Positions 36,029-44,589 of a stretch of 57,570 nucleotides of DNA are shown here, in pieces. Under the pieces are notes generated by a model. The model searched no databases and had not been told where the DNA came from. It was given only the letters and a program-made list of their open reading frames with translations. Both the position numbers and the translations under genes were made by a program. The number at the start of each line of letters is the position of its first letter. The first letter of the stretch is position 1. The stretch comes from a bacterium (GTDB lineage: Bacteria > Patescibacteriota > Minisyncoccia > JAHIHE01 > DAOWLE01), in contig DAOWLE010000022.1 of assembly GCA_030643545.1 (NCBI GenBank), positions 1 to 57,570 of the forward strand, in the 5' to 3' direction.

Positions 36029-37411
36029 ATGACCAATGAACAAATTTGGCAAACAGTTTTAGGAGAAGTTGAATTAACTGTTAGCAAAGCTAATTTCACA
36101 ACTTGGTTTAAAAGCACTTCTATTGCTAATCAACAGAATGAAGTGATGATTATTAATGTACCGAATGGATTTACTAAAGAATGGTTGGAAAATAAATATA
36201 ATAAATTTATTTTGAAGTCGCTTAAAAACATTATTCCTGAAATTAAAGAAATTAAATATATCATTGGAAAAATAACGGTAAACCAGCAGATAAGGCCGCA
36301 AATTTATTCTTTAGAAAAAGCAGAAGGAAACAAATTAGAATCTTATCCAGAAGAAATCCAAAAAAAAGATATTCCTCAAGAAAAAATGCAAATCAGTTTA
36401 AATCCGAAATACACTTTTGGATCTTTTGTCGTTGCTTCAAGCAATGAACTCGCCCAGGCAACCTGCGCCGCAATAACTAAAAAAATTGGAAAAATTTATA
36501 ATCCTCTTTTTATTTATGGAGGAGTCGGCTTAGGCAAAACACATCTTTTGCAGGCAACCGGCAATGAAATTTTAAAAAATTATCCGAATAAAAAAATAAA
36601 ATACACCACTTCGGAAAAATTTACAAACGAGCTTATCCAGGCAATTAAAAATCGCCGAATCGCGCATTTTAAAAATGACCACCGCAAAGTAGATGTTTTA
36701 ATTATTGATGATATCCAATTTTTAGCGGGAAAAGAAAAAACGCAAGAAGAATTTTTTCATACTTTTAATACACTCCATGAAGCAAATAAACAAATTATTA
36801 TTTCTTCCGACCGTCTGCCAAAAGCCATTCCTTCTTTAGAAGAACGGCTAATAAGCCGTTTTGAAGGAGGGATGATTGCTGATGTCGGCTATCCGGATTT
36901 TGAAACCAGAATGGCTATTCTTAAAAGTAAAATTAAAGAAATGGATTTTTATATTGATGATGACGCTTTAAAATATATCGCCACTCATATTCAAAAAAAT
37001 GTCAGAGAATTAGAAGGAGCTTTAAATAAATTAGCCGCTACCTGCCAATTTCAGCATCAGGAACCAAATCTCAAAACAACTGAAAAAATTTTGAAAGATA
37101 TTATTTCCAAAACCTTTAAAAAATCTCTTACTCCGCGGCAGATTATTAAAATTGTCGCGGAATTTTACGACATTACTGTTGAATCTTTAAAAAATAAAAG
37201 CCGTAAAAAAGAAATTGTCAGACCTCGGCAGATTTCAATGTTTTTAATGCGCAAAGAAATTAAAAGTTCTTATCCTGATATTGGAATGCATCTCGGCTCA
37301 AGGGATCATACAACCGCTATTCACGCTTTTGAAAAAATTAATAAAGAAATTGAAGATAATAAAAATCTTGAACAGGAAATTAATTTAATTAAAGAACGAT
37401 TGTATGTTTAA
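36029..37411 (+). CDS. dnaA: Chromosomal replication initiator DnaA
   Basis: YNPLFIYGGVGLGKTHL, IDDIQF, QEEFFHTFN, NVRELEGAL, RDHTT. Confidence 0.98.
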   Translation: MTNEQIWQTVLGEVELTVSKANFTTWFKSTSIANQQNEVMIINVPNGFTKEWLENKYNKFILKSLKNIIPEIKEIKYIIGKITVNQQIRPQIYSLEKAEGNKLESYPEEIQKKDIPQEKMQISLNPKYTFGSFVVASSNELAQATCAAITKKIGKIYNPLFIYGGVGLGKTHLLQATGNEILKNYPNKKIKYTTSEKFTNELIQAIKNRRIAHFKNDHRKVDVLIIDDIQFLAGKEKTQEEFFHTFNTLHEANKQIIISSDRLPKAIPSLEERLISRFEGGMIADVGYPDFETRMAILKSKIKEMDFYIDDDALKYIATHIQKNVRELEGALNKLAATCQFQHQEPNLKTTEKILKDIISKTFKKSLTPRQIIKIVAEFYDITVESLKNKSRKKEIVRPRQISMFLMRKEIKSSYPDIGMHLGSRDHTTAIHAFEKINKEIEDNKNLEQEINLIKERLYV

Positions 37412-37770
37412 GGTTGGGTGATATCCTGTTGATAAATTATTAACTTACAGTGGATAAATTTTAAAGTTTTTCTTAGTCAAAAATTTACTAATTTTTATTC
37501 ACAGATTATTAAAAAGTTATTCACAGATTTTCCAGTTAATTATAAATTGTATTGAAAATTTTTTCTTCTTTTGTCATTCCCGCGAAGGCGGGAATCCACT
37601 ATTAAAATAAACAAAATTCTTGCCTTTATAGAAATGATAATTTAATAAAAATTAAGAAATATTTTTATCCACATATCCACACTCTCTATAACTACTACTA
37701 TAATTTATATAAATAAAAAATTATAGTTATAGAGGTATGAAATATAAATTATAACTTTAATAAAAAAACT
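37412..37770. other. oriC in the dnaA-dnaN intergenic region
   Basis: DnaA boxes at 37427, 37449, 37495, 37517 and tandem 37665/37673, then ACTACTACTA (DnaA-trio-like) and an AT-rich tract. Confidence 0.85.
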
Positions 37771-38877
37771 ATGAAACTTATTTGCACTCAGGAAAATTTA
37801 ATTAAAGCTTTGAATGTTGCCGAGAAAATTGTTGGCAGAAATGTCAATCTGCCGATTTTAAATAATATTTTATTGGAAACAGACGATGGGCAGTTAAAAC
37901 TTTCATCAACAAACTTAGAAATCGGCTTGAATTATTGGACAAGAGGAAAAATAGAAAAAGAAGGATCTTTAACTGTGCCGGCAAAAATTATTACCAATTT
38001 TGTGATGAACCTTCCAAAGAAAAATATAGAAATAGAAGTTAAAAATGAAACTTTAAATTTGAAATGCGAAAATTATCAGGCGAAAATTAAAGGCGTAAGC
38101 GCTCAAGAATTTCCTATAATTCCTAAAATAAAAGAAGAACCGTTAGTAATTTTACCAGCGGAAGAATTTAAAAATGCGGCGAACAGAGTAATTTCAAGCG
38201 TGGCTGTTTCAGAAACAAGGCCTGAAATTACCGGCGTTTTTATGAAAATTGAAAAAGATAATTTGACTTTAGCGGCAACTGACAGCTATCGGCTGGCTGA
38301 GAAAAAAATTAAACTGCAAAAACCCGTTCAGGAATCAATTTCAATGATTATTCCAAGAACAACAATAAATGAATTGATTTATATTATTGGTGAGAATCAA
38401 GGAGAATTAAAAATTTCCATTTCCCAGAATCAAATTTTATTTAACTTTAATAATATTAATTTAGTTTCACGCTTAATTGACGGACAATACCCAGATTATC
38501 AACAGATTATCCCCAACTCCTTTAAAATAAAGGCAATAATTAAAACAGCTGAATTAAAAAATGCGGTTAAAATCGCCGGATTTTTCACTAATGCGCAAGT
38601 AAGCGGGATTAAAATTAAATTAGATTTGCCAACAAATAAAATTAAAGTTAACGCGGAAACCGGCGAAGTCGGCGCGAGTAATTCTGAAGTGGAGGCAAAA
38701 ATTGAAGGCGATTCAGTAGAAGTTATTTTTAATTACAAATATATTTTAGACGCTTTAAATAATATGCTGACTGATCAGGTTATTTTAGAAATGAATGATT
38801 CGTCCAGTCCGGTATTATTAAAACCGGAAAATGTTAAAGATTATTTATATTTAATTATGCCGATAAAAACAGAATGA
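37771..38877 (+). CDS. dnaN: DNA polymerase III beta clamp
   Basis: LPILNNILL, STNLE, ATDSYRLAE, SRLIDGQYPDY, LIMPI. Confidence 0.97.
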   Translation: MKLICTQENLIKALNVAEKIVGRNVNLPILNNILLETDDGQLKLSSTNLEIGLNYWTRGKIEKEGSLTVPAKIITNFVMNLPKKNIEIEVKNETLNLKCENYQAKIKGVSAQEFPIIPKIKEEPLVILPAEEFKNAANRVISSVAVSETRPEITGVFMKIEKDNLTLAATDSYRLAEKKIKLQKPVQESISMIIPRTTINELIYIIGENQGELKISISQNQILFNFNNINLVSRLIDGQYPDYQQIIPNSFKIKAIIKTAELKNAVKIAGFFTNAQVSGIKIKLDLPTNKIKVNAETGEVGASNSEVEAKIEGDSVEVIFNYKYILDALNNMLTDQVILEMNDSSSPVLLKPENVKDYLYLIMPIKTE

Positions 38878-38952
38878 AAAGTCAAAAGTTTATAAAGTCA
38901 TAAAGTAGAAAGTTAATCTTCCTCCTTTTTAAAGGGGGGCTAAGGGGGATTT

Positions 38953-39246
38953 ATGTTAACTAAATTAAGTTCTTCAATAAGTTTTCAGGTAAATAGATTA
39001 GGTTTAGGCAAGGAAATTGAAGCGGCGCGAGTTTGCGCTTTTTGGGATAAAATTATTACGGAAAAATTTGATCAAACCGCTTCGGAAAAATCAAAAGCAA
39101 TCAGGTTTAAAGATAAAATTTTAACCGTGGCGGTTCTTTCTTCTGTCTGGGCGCAGGAATTTCAATACAACCAGCAGGATATTATTGAGAAAATTAATAA
39201 AAAATTTGGAAGAAATATTGTAGAAAGAATAAGGTTTGAGTGTTAA
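38953..39246 (+). CDS. DUF721/DciA-family protein
   Basis: W..I......KSKAIRFKDKILTVAVLSSVWAQEF; follows dnaN. Confidence 0.8.
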   Translation: MLTKLSSSISFQVNRLGLGKEIEAARVCAFWDKIITEKFDQTASEKSKAIRFKDKILTVAVLSSVWAQEFQYNQQDIIEKINKKFGRNIVERIRFEC

Positions 39247-39247
39247 T

Positions 39248-39296
39248 AATACGGAAGTTAAACTTCTGTAATTACAGAAGTTTAACTTCCGTATTA
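39248..39296. repeat. GGAAGTTAAACTTC-type double palindrome
   Basis: TACGGAAGTTAAACTTCTGTAATTACAGAAGTTTAACTTCCGTA. Confidence 0.75.
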
Positions 39297-39445
39297 CTTC
39301 CGTATTGTTGTTCTTTGAAAAATATTTTTTAAAGGCGAAAAAATGGGCAGTAAAATTTCCTCCTTTACTATTCAACTTTTCGCCTTGAAAAAATCATAAG
39401 GCGAAAGAGATATTGAAAAAAATTAGGAGAGTGAATGTGGAAAAA

Positions 39446-40186
39446 ATGGTAGAAAGTAAAATTATTGTGGCTTTAGATAGAATGGCTGAGAGTGATGCTT
39501 TTGAACTCGCAGAAAAACTAAAAGGAGAGGTCTGGGGATTTAAAGCAAACGATTTATTAGACAAAATGGGACCAAGAGAATGTATTTATGCTCTTAGAAA
39601 ATATGGTAAAGTAATGGCAGATCCAAAACTTTACGATATTCCTAACACGATGAAGAATAGAATCGAAGTGTATTTTGGAGGGGTGGAAGAGAAAGGCAAA
39701 ATAACAATTGAAGAAATGTATCAAGCAGACATAGTGACGGTAATGGCTTGTGTCGGAATAGACGCGCTAATAGGAGTAGCGGAAACAAAATCAGGGTTTA
39801 AAGTTCCTACCGATATAGCAGTAGTAACAGTATTAACTTCTTTTGATGAAGAAGAATGTAATATTAATCTCGGAGGACCAGTAAAAGCAAAAGTTTTACA
39901 GTATGCAAGAAACACAGTGCTTGCCGGTTGTGATGCAATTGTATGTTCAGCTCAAGAACTTTTATTCTTGAAAGAACATCCAGAACTTGATGGCTTGATA
40001 CGTATTACTCCGGGGATAAGGCCAAAAGGAACAAGCGCGGATGACCAGAAAAGGATAGACACACCAGGAGGAGCAGTGAAAAATGGAGCAGATCTATTAG
40101 TTATAGGTCGGGCAATAACTGAAAACGATGATCCATTAGCCGCGGTTTACGGAATCAACGCAAATATTAATAGTATAGATATGTAA
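39446..40186 (+). CDS. pyrF: Orotidine-5'-phosphate decarboxylase
   Basis: IIVALD, DPKLYDIPNT, VTVLTS, TPGIRP, DDQKR, LVIGRAI; start ATG 39446 or GTG 39437. Confidence 0.93.
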   Translation: MVESKIIVALDRMAESDAFELAEKLKGEVWGFKANDLLDKMGPRECIYALRKYGKVMADPKLYDIPNTMKNRIEVYFGGVEEKGKITIEEMYQADIVTVMACVGIDALIGVAETKSGFKVPTDIAVVTVLTSFDEEECNINLGGPVKAKVLQYARNTVLAGCDAIVCSAQELLFLKEHPELDGLIRITPGIRPKGTSADDQKRIDTPGGAVKNGADLLVIGRAITENDDPLAAVYGINANINSIDM

Positions 40187-40232
40187 AATTTTTCCTCGAG
40201 TGTTTTTTATATCCCGAGTTTGTGTGTTTTTG
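40187..40232 (+). repeat. Intergenic CTCGGG...CCCGAG hairpin/U-tract unit, copy 1 of 4 (others near 40555, 41272, 42154)
   Basis: AAATTTTTCCTCG(A/G)GTG.TTTTTT.ATCCCGAGTTTGTG.TTTT. Confidence 0.8.
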
Positions 40233-40264
40233 TAGGATGAAAATTAGGAAAGTGATAGAAAAAA

Positions 40265-40555
40265 ATGACAATAGTAAGTCCTGATGAATTAGAGAAGAAA
40301 TTAACGCCAGAAGAAGAGGAAAAATACAAGGAATTAGAAGAACAAATAAACGAAGATTTGCCGCAAGCAAGCGCTTATTCTTGTAAAGATCGGCTTTCTT
40401 GTTACAATGTAGATTTACACGAGATACCGTCGAGAAGAGTTCTGAGAAAAATTAACGAAGAAGCTAAAAAGGTAGGATGGGATAAAGTAACGCTTGAAGA
40501 TTCAAGTGAAGGGGATTATCTTAAGTTCTGGCCGAAAAAAGAGTTAGAAAGTTAA
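40265..40555 (+). CDS. Hypothetical protein (SD-class)
   Basis: 96-aa ORF; AGGAAAGTGAT RBS. Confidence 0.7.
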   Translation: MTIVSPDELEKKLTPEEEEKYKELEEQINEDLPQASAYSCKDRLSCYNVDLHEIPSRRVLRKINEEAKKVGWDKVTLEDSSEGDYLKFWPKKELES

Positions 40556-40628
40556 ATTTTTCTCTCGGGTGGTTTTTTTATCCCGAGTTTATGTTTTTTG
40601 TAAGTAAAGAAAGTGAGAAAAAAAGAAA

Positions 40629-41264
40629 ATGAATGACAAAGCAGAAAAAGCGGCGCTGATTCTTTTAGAAACAGGAATAGTAAGTTTTGATACTGGAAAA
40701 GGTTTTAAATGGCAGTCAGGAATAATAGCTCCGATTTATTGCGACCACAGAAAACTGCTTTCTTCTCCGAAAGCAAGAAACAAAATAACAGATATTTTAG
40801 TGGGTACAATAAGACAAATTTGGCCGCAAGTAGAAATTATAGCTGGAGTTGAAACAGGAGGAATCCCTTGGGGGACTTTGATAGCTGACAGAATGGATTT
40901 GCCTTTGATATATGTCCGGAAAAAAAGAAAAGAACACGGAAAGCAAAAAAGAATAGAGGGTGAACCACTACAAGAAGAACAAAATATTGGAGTAATAGAA
41001 GATTTAGTAAGCACAGGAGAAAGTATCGATAACGCGATTACAGTTATTAAAGAAAGCGGAGCTAATGTCAAAGGATTTTCTATTTTTACCTACGAGTTAG
41101 AAGAATCTAAAAAAAGATTCAGCGAGGGAAAAATCAAAATATTTTCTTTGATTAACTTAAGCATTCTATTAGAAATAGCTGTCAGAAAGGGATTTCTAAA
41201 AGAAAATGAAGTGAGAATTATTGAGCAATGGAGAAACAATCCATGGGGATGGAAAAATAAATAG
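40629..41264 (+). CDS. pyrE: Orotate phosphoribosyltransferase
   Basis: FKWQSGIIAPIYCDHR, YVRKKRKEHG, VIEDLVSTGES. Confidence 0.95.
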   Translation: MNDKAEKAALILLETGIVSFDTGKGFKWQSGIIAPIYCDHRKLLSSPKARNKITDILVGTIRQIWPQVEIIAGVETGGIPWGTLIADRMDLPLIYVRKKRKEHGKQKRIEGEPLQEEQNIGVIEDLVSTGESIDNAITVIKESGANVKGFSIFTYELEESKKRFSEGKIKIFSLINLSILLEIAVRKGFLKENEVRIIEQWRNNPWGWKNK

Positions 41265-41346
41265 TTCTTTAAAATTTTTCCTCGGGTGGTTTTTTTATCC
41301 CGAGTTTGTGTTTTTTTGGAAATAAAAAAATAGGAGATGATAAGAA

Positions 41347-41988
41347 ATGAAAAAAAGTATAGGAGATATAAATAAGGCAATAAAAGAAATTACTGTCATA
41401 AGAGATGGATTGATGTTAAAAGTATCAGGGTTTAAAGTATTTGGGATTTTTGATTCCCATTATATTTTCCTTACAATCCATTTGTCTCAGGACAAGGGCG
41501 AAAAGATTCAAGTAGATAGTAAAAGGGTAGCGAAAGAAATGAAAGAATGTTTAATAACTCGTCGAGCGTCTACTATTTACAAAGAATCTTCAAGTGATGA
41601 AACTAATTATTACACTCATTATAAGTTTGTATTCGATGATGACGGTGGAGCGCAACTAATAATATTGGAAGGGGAAAAGTATCCTATAAGAGAAGATCTT
41701 CAGCCAAAGCCAACAAAAACTGAATTCTATATTAATAGCGCAGAAAGTATTGCGGTAATTGCTGTTGTTGAACAATTCTTGACATTACAAGAGAAATACT
41801 ATGCTAACAAAAATACAATTAGAACAAAAATAACGAAATATCTGAAAGAGCAGAAAAATGAAGACGATAAATTTATTGGTAGATTGACAAAAGAGTCAAA
41901 ATTAGATTCTACAGATATTTCATTGCTTTTCAAAGAGCAAAAGGAATCTTTTCCTTTATTTTTTGGAATTATGCATAATTCCAAGTGA
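41347..41988 (+). CDS. Hypothetical protein (SD-class)
   Basis: 213-aa ORF; AGGAGATGAT RBS. Confidence 0.7.
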   Translation: MKKSIGDINKAIKEITVIRDGLMLKVSGFKVFGIFDSHYIFLTIHLSQDKGEKIQVDSKRVAKEMKECLITRRASTIYKESSSDETNYYTHYKFVFDDDGGAQLIILEGEKYPIREDLQPKPTKTEFYINSAESIAVIAVVEQFLTLQEKYYANKNTIRTKITKYLKEQKNEDDKFIGRLTKESKLDSTDISLLFKEQKESFPLFFGIMHNSK

Positions 41989-42025
41989 TAAAGTTTAAAA
42001 GATAAAAAAACAGAGCTGATAAAAA

Positions 42026-42145
42026 ATGGCAGAACTAACAGAACTTGATATTCAACTTCTTAGTAAAACAAAGGCAGAATACGAAAGAAGAATGAAAGAC
42101 CACGGAAAATTTCTTAAAGTCTGTTATCTCCATAGCCAACCATAA
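42026..42145 (+). CDS. 39-aa peptide MAELTELDIQLLSKTKAEYERRMKDHGKFLKVCYLHSQP
   Basis: GAGCTGATAAAAAATG RBS; followed by copy 4 of the hairpin repeat. Confidence 0.5.
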   Translation: MAELTELDIQLLSKTKAEYERRMKDHGKFLKVCYLHSQP

Positions 42146-42210
42146 TAGAATAAAATTTTTTCGGGTTTTTGTTTTTTTGCCCGATAAAAAATTTAGGAGA
42201 AATGATAGAA

Positions 42211-42345
42211 ATGACTGACGGAGAATTTGAGTGGATTTTTATTATAATAGCTGCGGTGCTTACAATAATTTACCTTGCGCGAGAATTTCGTACTTGGTGG
42301 AGAAAAATAAAGAGAGAAAGTAAGAATATTGCCAGCAAGAAATAG
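42211..42345 (+). CDS. 44-aa single-TM peptide MTDGEFEWIFIIIAAVLTIIYLAREFRTWWRKIKRESKNIASKK
   Basis: AGGAGAAATGATAGAAATG RBS; hydrophobic core with basic tail. Confidence 0.6.
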   Translation: MTDGEFEWIFIIIAAVLTIIYLAREFRTWWRKIKRESKNIASKK

Positions 42346-42374
42346 GAAAATAAAATTTAGGAGAGGTGATAAAA

Positions 42375-42476
42375 ATGAGCGAGAAGTTTTCGGCTTTTTC
42401 AATTGTGATATTGTTAGTAGCGGCTTATTTATATGAGCGATGGAAGAAAAAGAAAAGAAGTGAGAAAAATGACTGA
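42375..42476 (+). CDS. 33-aa single-TM peptide MSEKFSAFSIVILLVAAYLYERWKKKKRSEKND
   Basis: GGAGAGGTGATAAAAATG RBS. Confidence 0.6.
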   Translation: MSEKFSAFSIVILLVAAYLYERWKKKKRSEKND

Positions 42477-42606
42477 TGGATACGAAGAAATGCTGATTAC
42501 AATTATAACGATAGCAGTAATTTGTCTTGCATCTGGAGGGGGAGATATTTACGCATGGTTATGCAGTGAATATAACAAGTGGAGGAACTTAAAAAATGAA
42601 GATTAA
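42469..42606 (+). CDS. 45-aa single-TM peptide MTDGYEEMLITIITIAVICLASGGGDIYAWLCSEYNKWRNLKNED
   Basis: AAGTGAGAAAAATG RBS; shares the MTDG N-terminus with the 42211 ORF. Confidence 0.55.
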   Translation: MTDGYEEMLITIITIAVICLASGGGDIYAWLCSEYNKWRNLKNED

Positions 42607-42621
42607 AAACCAATGCACAAT

Positions 42622-42679
42622 GCCGATTTTTTGAGATCTTAAAAATAAATTAAGAAATCTCAAAGGTCGGTTTTTTTTA
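42622..42679 (+). terminator. Terminator closing the pyrF cluster
   Basis: GCCGATTTTTTGAGAT...ATCTCAAAGGTCGG-TTTTTTTT. Confidence 0.65.
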
Positions 42680-42895
42680 TTCAGCACTAACTTAAGTTGA
42701 TGCTGGATTTATCTTATTTCTTGCTTTTATTGAGAAAATGGGATACAATGGAAATAACAAAGAAACTAAAAACTGAAAATGAAAAACTAAAAACGACCCG
42801 CTCGCAACGCTTTCGCGTAGCGAATGTGGGAGAGGCAATTAAAAATTAAAAATTTTAGATTTTAAATTGTGGTTTTTCATTTTTCATTTACATTT

Positions 42896-44227
42896 ATGCA
42901 GCGGATACTATCCATTGAAACGCCAAAATTTATGAAAAAAAAGGTAAAACTTTCCGGCTGGGTTGATTCTCGGCGCGATCACGGAAAGATTATTTTTATT
43001 GACTTGCGGGATAGGTCGGGCTTGTGCCAAATTGTTTTTACTCCAAAGCACAAAGAGGTTTATCAAAAAGCGAACGAACTTCGTTCTGAATGGGTAATTT
43101 CAATAGTTGGAACAGTTAAAGAACGGCCGAAAGGAATGGAAAATCCAAAGATTCCTTTGGGCAAGATAGAAATTTCTGTTGAAGAATTAGAAATTTTATC
43201 TGAAGCCGAAACCCCGCCTTTTGAAATTTCTGAAGAAGAATCCGAAGAAGTGAGTTTGGAAAAAAGATTAAATTGGCGGTGGATTGATTTAAGAATGCCG
43301 GAAAAACAACTTATTTTCAAAGTTTGGACAATAATGGAGCAGGCATTTAGAAATTATTGGCTTGAAAATAAATATATTCAGATACATTCGCCGAAATTTA
43401 TGAACGCGGCAAGCGAGTCCGGCGCCGAACTTTTTGAAGTTTTATATTTTGACCGCAAAGCCTATCTTGCCCAGTCCCCGCAATTTTACAAACAAATGGC
43501 AATGGCCGCCGGATTTGAAAAAATATTTGAAATCGGTCCGGTTTTTCGCGCTGAGCCGTCTTTCACTCCGAGACACGCTACCGAATATATCGGTTATGAC
43601 GCGGAAATTTCTTTTATCAATTCATATCAGGATATTATTAAAGAAGAAGAAAAATTGCTCGTTGCTGTTCTTACGAAAATTAAAAATGAGTTTGGCGAGG
43701 AAATTTCAAAATTTTACAAACGGGATTTAGTTGTTCCTAAAATTCCTTTTCCTCAAATGACAATGGAAGAAGCAAAAGAAGTTTTAAAAAAAATGAATGT
43801 GCCGAGCAAAAAACCAGGCGACATCAGTCCGGAAGAAGAGAAAAAAATTTGCGAATTTATTAAAAAAGAAAAAGGACACGAATTTGTTTTTATAACCGAG
43901 TATCCGATTAATGAACGGCCGTTTTATCATATGCGGTCAGAAGAAAATCCTAAAATAACTGACGGCTTTGATCTTTTATGGAATGGAATAGAAATTACCA
44001 CCGGCTCACAGAGAGAGCACCGCTATGATATTTTGATTAAGCAAGCAAAAGAAAAAGGAATAAATATAAAATCAATTCAGCATTATTTTGATTTTTTCAA
44101 ATTCGGCTGTCCGCCTCACGGCGGATTAGGAATTGGTCCGGCGCGAATGATTATGAAAATTTTTAACCTTGATAATATTCGCGAAGCGACTTTTCTCCAT
44201 CGAGGGGTGAAAAGATTAACACCATAA
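42896..44227 (+). CDS. aspS: Non-discriminating (archaeal-type) aspartyl-tRNA synthetase
   Basis: GWVDSRRDHGKIIFIDLRD, AYLAQSPQFYKQ, FRAE, GSQREH, FGCPPHGG; no GAD insert. Confidence 0.93.
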   Translation: MQRILSIETPKFMKKKVKLSGWVDSRRDHGKIIFIDLRDRSGLCQIVFTPKHKEVYQKANELRSEWVISIVGTVKERPKGMENPKIPLGKIEISVEELEILSEAETPPFEISEEESEEVSLEKRLNWRWIDLRMPEKQLIFKVWTIMEQAFRNYWLENKYIQIHSPKFMNAASESGAELFEVLYFDRKAYLAQSPQFYKQMAMAAGFEKIFEIGPVFRAEPSFTPRHATEYIGYDAEISFINSYQDIIKEEEKLLVAVLTKIKNEFGEEISKFYKRDLVVPKIPFPQMTMEEAKEVLKKMNVPSKKPGDISPEEEKKICEFIKKEKGHEFVFITEYPINERPFYHMRSEENPKITDGFDLLWNGIEITTGSQREHRYDILIKQAKEKGINIKSIQHYFDFFKFGCPPHGGLGIGPARMIMKIFNLDNIREATFLHRGVKRLTP

Positions 44228-44239
44228 TTTATAAATACT

Positions 44240-44545
44240 ATGCCTAAAATTGATAAAAAACAAGTTGAACATATTGCTAAATTATCCAGAATTAAATTAA
44301 GCGAAGAAGAAAAAGAGAAATTTTCAGGAGAACTTTCTCAGATTTTGGATTATTTTGAAACTTTGAAAAAAGTTGACACGGAAAATGTTTCGCCGATATC
44401 CCAAGTAACCGGGATTAAAAATGTTTTACGTGAAGACGAGGAAGAAAAAATAGAAAAAAAAGCGCGTGATAAAAGGCGAGAAAAAATTTTAAAAAATGTT
44501 CCAAAAAAAGAAGGAGAATATATTAAAGTTAAATCGATTCAATAA
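44240..44545 (+). CDS. gatC: Asp/Glu-tRNA amidotransferase subunit C
   Basis: VEHIAKLSRI, ILDYFETLKKVDT, NVLRED. Confidence 0.92.
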   Translation: MPKIDKKQVEHIAKLSRIKLSEEEKEKFSGELSQILDYFETLKKVDTENVSPISQVTGIKNVLREDEEEKIEKKARDKRREKILKNVPKKEGEYIKVKSIQ

Positions 44546-44581
44546 GAGGTTTAACCTCTACAAATTCAGAGGTTAGACCTC
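44546..44581. repeat. Paired GAGGTTNAACCTC palindromes
   Basis: GAGGTTTAACCTC...GAGGTTAGACCTC. Confidence 0.65.
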
Positions 44582-44589
44582 ATAATAAA

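Noticed and set aside
40187-42190. CRISPR array or classical integron
   Set aside because: The spacers are whole genes of variable length, there are no cas genes, and the repeats lack the RYYYAAC/GTTRRRY attC boxes.
42896-44227. Archaeal-type AspRS as part of the effector class
   Set aside because: Non-discriminating AspRS with GatCAB is a normal housekeeping route in many bacteria; this gene has no SD and is linked to gatC.
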